Both the position numbers and the translations under genes were made by a program. DNA of 46,380 bases, taken from a virus. Under the pieces are notes generated by a model. It did no database searches and had not been told where the DNA came from. It was given only the letters and a program-made list of their open reading frames with translations. Location of the stretch: UHGV virus genome UHGV-0285588. The stretch is one strand, 5' to 3'. The first letter of the stretch is position 1, and every line of letters begins with the position of its first letter. Positions 35,956-44,163 of this stretch are shown piece by piece.

Positions 35956-36834
35956 TTTTAGTGCTTCAAATAGCTCTTCTGGTTTATACAGCCTTTTTCT
36001 GATGGCGCCACTGTAACGAATATCCCGCCCGTCATCAGTAATCAGTATTGGCAGGCCGGCATTCTCGGCTGCGCATACCTCATCGAAATTATTATTAATG
36101 ATACAGCGTAGTTTGGCTCGCTGCTCATCGCCCACATTGCGCACAACTTCCCACATATTTTCCGGCGACCAGCAACACCAGACATGTGCGCCGGTAAGCC
36201 GGTGTGCTCGCCAGGCATCGAAGTAATCCGCAACCAGGTATGTCCATTCTGTCTTATCGCCGATGGGTGTAACAGCACCGCGCGTAAGTCTTCCGCGAGT
36301 GTACTCATGGCTAAAACCCGCGCGAAATGACACGCTTTCATCTTCTGCCAGAAAAGCCACATTGCATGGCGTCATGGTTCCAGCCATATAGAGCGGTATC
36401 GCCACCAGTTCACCGGTTTTGCCGGTTATGGTATCGCCTCCTGCTTTTTCCATGATGGACACCACTTCTGCATCTGTAAGATAGTCAGAAGCATGGTTGA
36501 CCTTCGGCAGTTGCTTTTTAATAGCCTCAAGTTTTTCGCGTGGGTGCATGTTAAGAAATCCGGCCAGTGCCTCCATTGACTCTGGAAACGTCATTCCTGA
36601 CAGCTTCATTAGCCAGGTGATGCCGCTCCCGTTTCCGCACTGGTTGCAGATGGCTCCACCGTCACCTTTGTAGTCAAGATGGTCATCAAATCTGAACCGG
36701 TCATTGCCGCCACAACTCGGGCATGGCTGATGCTTGCCATTGAAAATTCTCATGTCGACATTAACTATCGACATGATGGCAGCCTGCCAGTTTCCTACCA
36801 TTAAAGGCTCTATATCCTTCCAGTCGTATCGCAT
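35941..36834 (-). CDS. DNA primase (zinc-ribbon plus Toprim-like)
   Basis: HQPCPSCGGNDRFRF...GGAICNQCG is a T7 gp4 / P4 alpha-type primase zinc ribbon. An ITDDGRD acidic cluster follows. Confidence 0.55.
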   Translation of the reverse strand: MRYDWKDIEPLMVGNWQAAIMSIVNVDMRIFNGKHQPCPSCGGNDRFRFDDHLDYKGDGGAICNQCGNGSGITWLMKLSGMTFPESMEALAGFLNMHPREKLEAIKKQLPKVNHASDYLTDAEVVSIMEKAGGDTITGKTGELVAIPLYMAGTMTPCNVAFLAEDESVSFRAGFSHEYTRGRLTRGAVTPIGDKTEWTYLVADYFDAWRAHRLTGAHVWCCWSPENMWEVVRNVGDEQRAKLRCIINNNFDEVCAAENAGLPILITDDGRDIRYSGAIRKRLYKPEELFEALKNKPS

Positions 36835-36850
36835 AATTTAACCTTGATTA

Positions 36851-36888
36851 TTGCCGTAGATTCAGTCTACTATTGTGACGTAGATTGA
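36851..36888 (+). promoter_or_regulatory. motif pair. TTGCCGTAGATTCA at 36851-36864, GTGACGTAGATTGA at 36875-36888.
   Basis: Immediately upstream of the helicase start. Confidence 0.55.
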
Positions 36889-38843
36889 GCAACATAAAGG
36901 TGGATGAAGTGCAAAAAATTGATTCGATGATTGCTGAGCTGGATATGGATAAGCTGCGTTCCAGCATCCATACCGGGGAAATTGAACCGCGACCCTATCA
37001 GTGGCTGGTATATGAAAAGACAGCGGAGGTTATCCGCAAGTTTGGTAAGCAGCCAAAGCCAAGTTATGTAACTGCTTCGGTTGGCGCCGGTAAGACCATC
37101 ATGATAGCCATGATTGCCCGTCGTTTCCAGGATATGGGGTGGGAGGGGCTTGTCATCGCGCGACAAGGCGAAATTATTGAGCAGGATGCAGAGGAACTCT
37201 GGAATCTGAGCGTAAAAAACTCTCTGTTTAGCGCGTCCCTTGGGCGCAAGGCATATGCGTATCCGCTTATCGCGGGAACGGAGGGCACAATAATAAATGG
37301 TCTTTTTGATAAGACAGCCGATGATGGCACAGTGACAAAATCTTTGCTTTCGGACTTTACCCCTCGCTACATACTTGTCGACGAATGTCACCAGGTTAAC
37401 TGGCAGGACATAATATCAGAGCATCCAGAGACGCAATACGGTGTCATCATGAATGAACTTAACCGGCGCTGTAAAGCGAAGTATGGGCATGAGGTGATTG
37501 TCATTGGCTACACCGGCAGCCCATTTCGCGGCGTTGAGTCGATCAAGGGGGCTTACTGGAAACACGAAATCGTCAACATCAGCACGAAATACCTTGTCGA
37601 TCTTGGGTTTCTTGTTCCTACCATCTTTGGTGGGCAGGATATCGAGGACTTGCAATACGATCTGCATGATTTTGCCAGTAGTGACGTTGACGGAGTGCAG
37701 GACTTTACTGATAGCCAGCTAAAAGAGATGCAGGAAGAAATTCTCAAGCAGGGTACATTGACGCAAAAAATAATGCTCAAAGTCATGGAGCTTACGCGCG
37801 ACAGACTCGGTGTACTCATTACCTGCGCCGGTAAGAAACATTGCAAGGAGGCTGCAAAATATTTACCAGAAGGCAGTTATTCCATTGTTACCGAGGATAT
37901 GGGGCAGAAAGCCAGACGGAAAGCGCTGAAAGATGCGGCAACCGGGCGCAAAAAATACACGCTGCAAATAGGTTGCCTGACGACTGGCGTCAACATCCCA
38001 TATTGGGACACGTCTGTCATCCTGAGAAAAATCATGTCCCTGACTCTTCTGACGCAGTTGCTTGGCAGACCAATGCGCCTGTTGAAGCCTGACCAGATTG
38101 CCGCAGGTCTGGTGAAAGAAAACCACCTTTGCCTTGACTTCACCGGAACCATGTTTGAGCTTGGCGGTCTGTACGAAGACCCTATTCTTGAGGAAGCAGA
38201 AGCGCAGCGCGCCAAGCGTAGCGGAGAGCAGGTTCCATGCCCTAAATGCCAGACGATGAACAGCCCATATGCACGGCGCTGCATCGGTAAAGACTCAACG
38301 TCTCCAGATGGCCGATGCGAAGAGTTTTTCAGCTTCATTCGCTGTGGTTTCGACAAGCACGGCATCCGTATTTTTGATGATGGTTGCGGCACAAAGAACG
38401 ACCCGACAGCTCGTTATTGCCGTCAGTGCGATCACGTTTTGCGCGACCCTAATGCGGCGCTTAATGAGCGAGCCTACACGGATAAAGAATGGACAGATGT
38501 GCAAGATTTTAAAGTCGAGTTGACTAAAGACGCTGAGGGGGTTCTTTATCGTTATCTGGTGGTAAAAGCTGATGGAAAGATCGGCTGGGCAAATGAGGTG
38601 TTTTATCCGTTCGGAGGAAAGCCAAAGCACCTGCGCGACATGTTTAAAATGAAGGCTCTGCTTCCGCACCTTGAAGACAAGTCCATGCTGAAGAAAATGA
38701 TGGAATGCCATGATGCGAAGACTTTCATGCATTACGCCGGTTTAATCCGCGCACCTAAACGCATCACGCATCGTTTTAACAATAAAGGCCGAGATATCAT
38801 CCACCGCAAGGATTTCATTGGAGAACAAATTGAAGCAGCTTGA
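36885..38843 (+). CDS. SF2 DNA helicase (DEAH-type) with C-terminal zinc ribbons
   Basis: Walker A VGAGKT, DECH box VDECHQV, and C-terminal CPKC...C and CRQC pairs. The true start is probably a GTG or ATG between 36900 and 36927. Confidence 0.7.
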   Translation: MSNIKVDEVQKIDSMIAELDMDKLRSSIHTGEIEPRPYQWLVYEKTAEVIRKFGKQPKPSYVTASVGAGKTIMIAMIARRFQDMGWEGLVIARQGEIIEQDAEELWNLSVKNSLFSASLGRKAYAYPLIAGTEGTIINGLFDKTADDGTVTKSLLSDFTPRYILVDECHQVNWQDIISEHPETQYGVIMNELNRRCKAKYGHEVIVIGYTGSPFRGVESIKGAYWKHEIVNISTKYLVDLGFLVPTIFGGQDIEDLQYDLHDFASSDVDGVQDFTDSQLKEMQEEILKQGTLTQKIMLKVMELTRDRLGVLITCAGKKHCKEAAKYLPEGSYSIVTEDMGQKARRKALKDAATGRKKYTLQIGCLTTGVNIPYWDTSVILRKIMSLTLLTQLLGRPMRLLKPDQIAAGLVKENHLCLDFTGTMFELGGLYEDPILEEAEAQRAKRSGEQVPCPKCQTMNSPYARRCIGKDSTSPDGRCEEFFSFIRCGFDKHGIRIFDDGCGTKNDPTARYCRQCDHVLRDPNAALNERAYTDKEWTDVQDFKVELTKDAEGVLYRYLVVKADGKIGWANEVFYPFGGKPKHLRDMFKMKALLPHLEDKSMLKKMMECHDAKTFMHYAGLIRAPKRITHRFNNKGRDIIHRKDFIGEQIEAA

Positions 38844-39246
38844 TAGCGGGATATGGGTATTCGACAGTGGTTATCGTGGAGAGTGCCCTAAAGAAGAGAC
38901 TGACCAGATGGGATATGGCCTTTGGATGCAACACCGATTTCCTGATGTCCTGTGGTTTCATGTCCCTAATGAGACAGGCACAAAGAGTGGGCCGCAATTC
39001 GTGGAGAAGCGCCGAAAGATGGGCGTCAGGAACGGTGTAAGCGACAATGTGATACTAACTCACGGCATTAATCATAAATGCGGCCTGATTGAGTTGAAGA
39101 GACGTGACAAGACAAAATCAAAAGTATCGCCATCGCAGATTGAGGTTCTTGAGTGCGCCATTGCAGAGGGTCACTTTGGCGCCATTGCTTATGGTCTTGA
39201 AGAGATAAAAAGAGCGACGTTATTCTATTTTGGGCTTGATGAATGA
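38818..39246 (+). CDS. VRR-NUC domain nuclease
   Basis: GVSDNVIL...GLIELKRRDKTKSKVSPSQ matches the VRR-NUC (PD-(D/E)xK) pattern. TTG start with an AAGGA ribosome-binding site. Confidence 0.5.
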   Translation: MENKLKQLDSGIWVFDSGYRGECPKEETDQMGYGLWMQHRFPDVLWFHVPNETGTKSGPQFVEKRRKMGVRNGVSDNVILTHGINHKCGLIELKRRDKTKSKVSPSQIEVLECAIAEGHFGAIAYGLEEIKRATLFYFGLDE

Positions 39247-39252
39247 CGTGGT

Positions 39253-39266
39253 TTGATGTAGATTGA
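39253..39266 (+). promoter_or_regulatory. motif TTGATGTAGATTGA
   Basis: About 25 nt upstream of the ATG at 39291. Confidence 0.5.
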
Positions 39267-39290
39267 TTTAACAATAAAAAGAGGTGATGG

Positions 39291-40247
39291 ATGAAAGTTT
39301 ATTTAAACAACGAACTCAGTAATGACCAATATCATGCTGACACAGAGCACATCAACGGCTCTGGCCTGTGGAACATCTATGATCGCTGCCCGGCAGCGTG
39401 GCGCTACAAAGACGAAGAAGATGAGCAATCAAAGGCTCTGATATTTGGAACTGGTAGCCATACCGCGCTGCTTGAGCCTGAGCGATTCGAATCAGAATAT
39501 GCCCGCATACCAGTTGTCGAAGATTTTCCAAAAGACAAAGATGGCAATCGCACGGTGCTGGTAACTGCTTCTGACATGAACTCATGGGCAAAAGAGCGCG
39601 GCATCAAAGGTATTTCAGGGAAGTCGAAAGCTGATGTGATAAAAATCATTCAGGCCACTGGCGAGCCAGTACAAATTTACGATGTTATCCGTGAAGAGGC
39701 AGAGAAGGCTGCTAATGGTAAATCAATGCTGGAAGGTGATGATTATGACGCCATCATGCAGATGCGCGCCGTAATCCATGCAAACAGCTATTACAGCAGC
39801 CTGCTTTCTGGTGCTTATTCAGAGGTGTCAATTCTCGGTAAGTTGCTTGGCGAGCCATCAAAAGTACGCTTTGACTGCCTTACTCGCGGCGGCGACATCA
39901 TAGACTACAAAACAGCAGTGAGCGCCAAGCCTGATGAGTTTTTCCGCCATGCAGCGCGGCTCGGGTACTTTATGAAGATGGCAATGCAGCACGACATGTT
40001 TGTAGAGGCTTATGGGCATGCGCCTCGCTCGGTAAACCTCCTGGTGCAGGAGAAAAAATCTCCATTCATCCCTGCGTTGATTCGCCTGACGGATGAGCAG
40101 TTACGCATTGGTCGCATTCAGCTGCGCAGCGCGATGGAAATCTATAAGGCATGCAAAAAAGCCAATTCATGGCCCGGTTACTCAATGGGTAATCCGGTCA
40201 TCGAAATGGAAACGCCAGAATGGTTCAAAAAGCAATTTAACCTGTAA
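39291..40247 (+). CDS. recombination exonuclease (PD-(D/E)xK, RecE/YqaJ-like)
   Basis: DCLTRGGDIIDYKT is a D...D/ExK catalytic motif. Sits upstream of the Erf gene. Confidence 0.5.
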   Translation: MKVYLNNELSNDQYHADTEHINGSGLWNIYDRCPAAWRYKDEEDEQSKALIFGTGSHTALLEPERFESEYARIPVVEDFPKDKDGNRTVLVTASDMNSWAKERGIKGISGKSKADVIKIIQATGEPVQIYDVIREEAEKAANGKSMLEGDDYDAIMQMRAVIHANSYYSSLLSGAYSEVSILGKLLGEPSKVRFDCLTRGGDIIDYKTAVSAKPDEFFRHAARLGYFMKMAMQHDMFVEAYGHAPRSVNLLVQEKKSPFIPALIRLTDEQLRIGRIQLRSAMEIYKACKKANSWPGYSMGNPVIEMETPEWFKKQFNL

Positions 40248-40267
40248 TTTATAGTAAATGAGGTGAA

Positions 40268-40474
40268 GTGATGGCAATTCATGCAAAAACAAGCGGCCTG
40301 CTTATTGGCGGCAAGATTATCGAAGAAACAGAGCGCAAATGGATTTTTCAGGCTATGGATAATAAACGACCGACTGTCGTGTCGAAATCTGACGCCAAAA
40401 ATAAAGTATTTGACGGCGAAAACGCTGTAAACGATGCGATTAACTGGATTGAATCTTCAAGGGGCAAAAAATGA
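40268..40474 (+). CDS. hypothetical protein (68 aa)
   Basis: Track ORF. Confidence 0.35.
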   Translation: MMAIHAKTSGLLIGGKIIEETERKWIFQAMDNKRPTVVSKSDAKNKVFDGENAVNDAINWIESSRGKK

Positions 40475-41130
40475 TTTTTTCAGAACAGAAAGCAAACCTG
40501 ATTAAGGCTCTGGTAGAGGCGAGAAAGGTGATGAGCAGCAGCGCTAAAAAGAACGCGCAAAACCCGCACCTTAAAAGCAACTATGCTAACCTTGAGTCAT
40601 TCCTGAATGCCATCAGGCCAGCGCTTGAGGCTAACGGGCTCATCATCATTCAGAACGCCATCGAGAGCGATGCGGTTGATGTTTTGAAGCTGGAAACGAC
40701 AATCATGCATGAGTCTGGTGAATACATGTCTTCAGTCATGCCAATGCCGGTTGCCAAGAAAGATGCGCAAGGTTATGGCTCTGCAATGACGTATGCGCGC
40801 CGCTACTCTATTGCGTCCATGTTCGGTATTGCGCAGGCTGATGACGATGGCAATGCCGCGCGGAAGTCTCCTAAAGATGCATCCGCCCTCATTCGTTCAG
40901 CAGCAAACATGGATGAGCTTACTGCCATTTATGGTGAAGAATACAAATCATTTCGTGGTGATGACGCTGCCACTCGCGTAATCGTCGGCGCATACCAGGA
41001 AATGAAAGCGAAATTCATTGCTGGCGGCAGTGATTTCAACCCGGCAAAACTCCAGAAAGCAGATGCGCCTGCGTCATCTGCAAACGAAGAGAAGCCATCA
41101 ACATCTCAACAGAACATCGAAAACTTTTAA
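40471..41130 (+). CDS. Erf-family single-strand annealing protein
   Basis: HLKSNYANLESFLNAIRPAL resembles the conserved Erf block. Lies between the exonuclease and SSB genes. Confidence 0.6.
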   Translation: MIFSEQKANLIKALVEARKVMSSSAKKNAQNPHLKSNYANLESFLNAIRPALEANGLIIIQNAIESDAVDVLKLETTIMHESGEYMSSVMPMPVAKKDAQGYGSAMTYARRYSIASMFGIAQADDDGNAARKSPKDASALIRSAANMDELTAIYGEEYKSFRGDDAATRVIVGAYQEMKAKFIAGGSDFNPAKLQKADAPASSANEEKPSTSQQNIENF

Positions 41131-41139
41131 GGGTAAATT

Positions 41140-41643
41140 ATGGCATCTCGCGGAATCAACAAAGTAATCATTTTGGGCACACTCGGCCAAGACCCGGAAG
41201 TTAAATATATGCCATCTGGCGGCGCTGTGTGCAATCTGTCTCTGGCAACATCAGAACAGTGGAATGACAAGGCCACAGGTGAAAAGAAAGAGCAAACTGA
41301 ATGGCATCGCGTGGTTATCTTCGGAAAGCTGGCAGAGGTAGCTGGAGAACACCTGCGCAAAGGCTCTCAGGTGTATGTAGAAGGTAAATTACGCACTCGA
41401 AAATGGACAGATCAAAGCGGTGTTGAAAAATACACTACTGAAATCGTCTTGCAGCCTATGAACGGCGTTATGCAAATGATTGGTGGTAAATCAAGTGATA
41501 ATGGAAACCAACAATCACAGCAGCGGCAACAGTCAGGAAGTAATCAGCAATCAGGGTGGGGTAAACCGCAGCAACCATCAAATACACAAAAACCACCGGT
41601 AAACGAGCCGCCGATGGATTTTGATGATGATATTCCGTTTTGA
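41140..41643 (+). CDS. ssb: single-stranded DNA-binding protein
   Basis: OB-fold N-terminus ([23 protein letters not shown]...[12 protein letters not shown]), Gly/Gln-rich linker and acidic tail DFDDDIPF. Confidence 0.85.
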   Translation: MASRGINKVIILGTLGQDPEVKYMPSGGAVCNLSLATSEQWNDKATGEKKEQTEWHRVVIFGKLAEVAGEHLRKGSQVYVEGKLRTRKWTDQSGVEKYTTEIVLQPMNGVMQMIGGKSSDNGNQQSQQRQQSGSNQQSGWGKPQQPSNTQKPPVNEPPMDFDDDIPF

Positions 41644-41672
41644 TGAAGAAAGGGCCGAATGGCCCTTTTTGT
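41644..41672. terminator. bidirectional terminator (aagggccgaatggccctttttg)
   Basis: Hairpin with a T-run, between convergent genes. Confidence 0.65.
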
Positions 41673-44134
41673 TATCTCATTGTCATTACACGATATATTG
41701 CATCTTTTATTAAATACCCTCCAGTTGCCGGGTTGGGGTGGATACCGTCAGAAGCAAACCAGGGGTGTATCGAACCATAGGCATAATCTGCAGGGTTTTC
41801 GCCGAAGATATATTGCAGGTTTATAAACGCGCAATTCAGATCTGAGGCTACAGTCCTGGCCCTGGCTGCCATTGATGCCATCGTTACCGGGTTGTCAGTC
41901 CGCTCATTCTCGCATGGCATGACAAACAGGATATCAGCGCCGGGCAACGCCTCCCGGATACGAGCAATAAAAGCGCGCAGGTTAGCTTCAAATGCAGTAG
42001 CGCCACCAGTTATCCTCTGGTCATTTGTGCCGGTAATAATAATCACCGTATCAAGAGCTAATTCTGTTAAAGCCTTGCCAAAATCAGTAGCGTCCATAGA
42101 TAACCATGATGCAAGACTTGAGCCAGACGCACCTAGCTTATGAACGCGCACACCAGAGCCAGTGCCAATCGGCTTTATCCCACATAACGATACCGTGCCA
42201 GATACAACCTCAACGTTAATCACATTAGAGGCATTTACAGTAGCCGGTGGGTTAATATCAACAAACAGCAGTCCGCTACCTTGCACGTTGAGCGTCGTCC
42301 ATGCCCCTCCATCCCAGTTATATCGAATAACACCGTCACTTGTACCCACAAAGCCCAGCCTGCAGGTTGACCACCCGCCGTCCGAGGTGCCAGGGACCGT
42401 AGCCTTCAGTGCATCCCCTGGTGTAGAGGACGTAACAACAGCAGTATCTGGACTGGAGTTGGTTGGGTTTTTCTTGCCGCTATAACTAAACAACCATGAT
42501 CCTGTCCATGTGAATTGCGTTGGCAGGTCTCTGCTGACTGAGAAAATGTTGCCGTTAATTATTGATGCGGATGTGCTGTGACGGCCGAATGATACCCAGC
42601 CAACACCAGGGCCGGATCCATATTTAGCACGAATCGCTTTTGCTAAAGGTTTCGCGAATCTTTCGGTTAATGTTCCCCATGAATCGCCAAAAATACCAAC
42701 ATTAAGAATGGCCGATACACCGGCTTCTAGTTGCCCCAATTTCATCCGAGTAACGCGAAGCTGATAGGCTCTCTCTACATAATCGACGACTGGGGCTGCT
42801 GTAGTTGGTATTAAAGACGGGTCCAGCTGTAATGCATATGGCTGGTAACTTGTGGATTCATTACCTTTTTCGAATTGCATCTTATCGAGTGCGGTATTTG
42901 CGACTGACATTCGTACATAAGCTGCCCCAGCAGGAATAGTTAAAGTCCTCGCTGTTGATGGAGATACAAGAGCATCAACGCCAGAAATATAAGTTTTATT
43001 TGCATCGTAGAAGGCTGTTTGATGCGAAAAACTTTGCGTGTAATTCTGACCCGCTGTTACAGGGATATAATCAGATGCAGAATACGAAGCGTTAGTGATT
43101 AAATTACCGGTCTTATAGTTAACATAATACCCCGATGTGACGGCAGCTTTATCAAAAAGGTTAACTCCTGGAATGAAAAATGATGCTTTATCCACTGTGA
43201 CGGCGGCCTTTTGAATTGAAGAAGTAGTCACAACGTTGTTTTGCAGAGGCACTGCATAGGGGGCCACGGGTCTACCAGGCACAGTTGGATGTGCTTCGGA
43301 TGTAGCAGACATCAAAAACACTGCGTCCAGCTCTACCGTACCAGCATTAGCGGTGTTTTCGACCCGCACATCCAGCATAACCGCACCAGATGGGACTGTT
43401 AGAGTGCGCAAATACCGATTGAACCCTGTTCCGGTGGCGTATAATAAATACTGTGTCCCTATAGCAGTACCAGACGCATTACGAAAAACAAAAGCAACGC
43501 GCCCACCAGCATTGGCGTACCATGCGATAACATTTAAAGATATGGTATCCCCGACATCCACGGCACAATCGGCGAGCCATAATCTGCGAGCGGCAATTGC
43601 GCCCGCATCGGGTCCGGCCACAATAGCCGGGAAGCCTAATTTAGCATTGGTCGACAAAGCCGCGGTTAACGTTCCGCTAACAATGTGTGTTTTGCTTCCC
43701 ACGGTAGGATTGGATAGCAATACCTCAAATAGCGGATCAAACAAAACATTCAAACCTGAATCAACGGCTTTTGATGCTTTGTCTACTGATTGTTGTGACG
43801 GCATTGCACGACCAGTTGCTTTTAGAGTACCAGCTACATTTTGATATTCCAGCGCCAGAGATGTACCCGAAGCATCGCGCACGTATGTGTAAGAGTTGAC
43901 CGGTATATTAGCAATATCAGCCTGTGCATCAGAAAGTGTCATATATTGCTTACCAAGAGGAATAAGATTTTTTCTTACCCCATCAATGGTATATCTTTCC
44001 ACGCCGAATCTATCAGTGTACGTCTCACTACCTGAGTTTACAATCTCGTCAACTTTTTCACAGTTGTATCTAAAATCATTCAGGTCGTTAGACGGGACTG
44101 GCTTGTTAGTTGGGGTGGTAGCCATTGGCTGCAA
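41672..44134 (-). CDS. tail fibre / tailspike with C-terminal SGNH (GDSL) esterase domain
   Basis: 820 aa. GIFGDSWGT (catalytic Ser block) and a C-terminal DGIHPN (DxxH block). Upstream is a beta-rich repetitive region. Confidence 0.6.
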   Translation of the reverse strand: MQPMATTPTNKPVPSNDLNDFRYNCEKVDEIVNSGSETYTDRFGVERYTIDGVRKNLIPLGKQYMTLSDAQADIANIPVNSYTYVRDASGTSLALEYQNVAGTLKATGRAMPSQQSVDKASKAVDSGLNVLFDPLFEVLLSNPTVGSKTHIVSGTLTAALSTNAKLGFPAIVAGPDAGAIAARRLWLADCAVDVGDTISLNVIAWYANAGGRVAFVFRNASGTAIGTQYLLYATGTGFNRYLRTLTVPSGAVMLDVRVENTANAGTVELDAVFLMSATSEAHPTVPGRPVAPYAVPLQNNVVTTSSIQKAAVTVDKASFFIPGVNLFDKAAVTSGYYVNYKTGNLITNASYSASDYIPVTAGQNYTQSFSHQTAFYDANKTYISGVDALVSPSTARTLTIPAGAAYVRMSVANTALDKMQFEKGNESTSYQPYALQLDPSLIPTTAAPVVDYVERAYQLRVTRMKLGQLEAGVSAILNVGIFGDSWGTLTERFAKPLAKAIRAKYGSGPGVGWVSFGRHSTSASIINGNIFSVSRDLPTQFTWTGSWLFSYSGKKNPTNSSPDTAVVTSSTPGDALKATVPGTSDGGWSTCRLGFVGTSDGVIRYNWDGGAWTTLNVQGSGLLFVDINPPATVNASNVINVEVVSGTVSLCGIKPIGTGSGVRVHKLGASGSSLASWLSMDATDFGKALTELALDTVIIITGTNDQRITGGATAFEANLRAFIARIREALPGADILFVMPCENERTDNPVTMASMAARARTVASDLNCAFINLQYIFGENPADYAYGSIHPWFASDGIHPNPATGGYLIKDAIYRVMTMR

Positions 44135-44163
44135 TCTCCGTAATCATTGATTGCCCTATTGTA

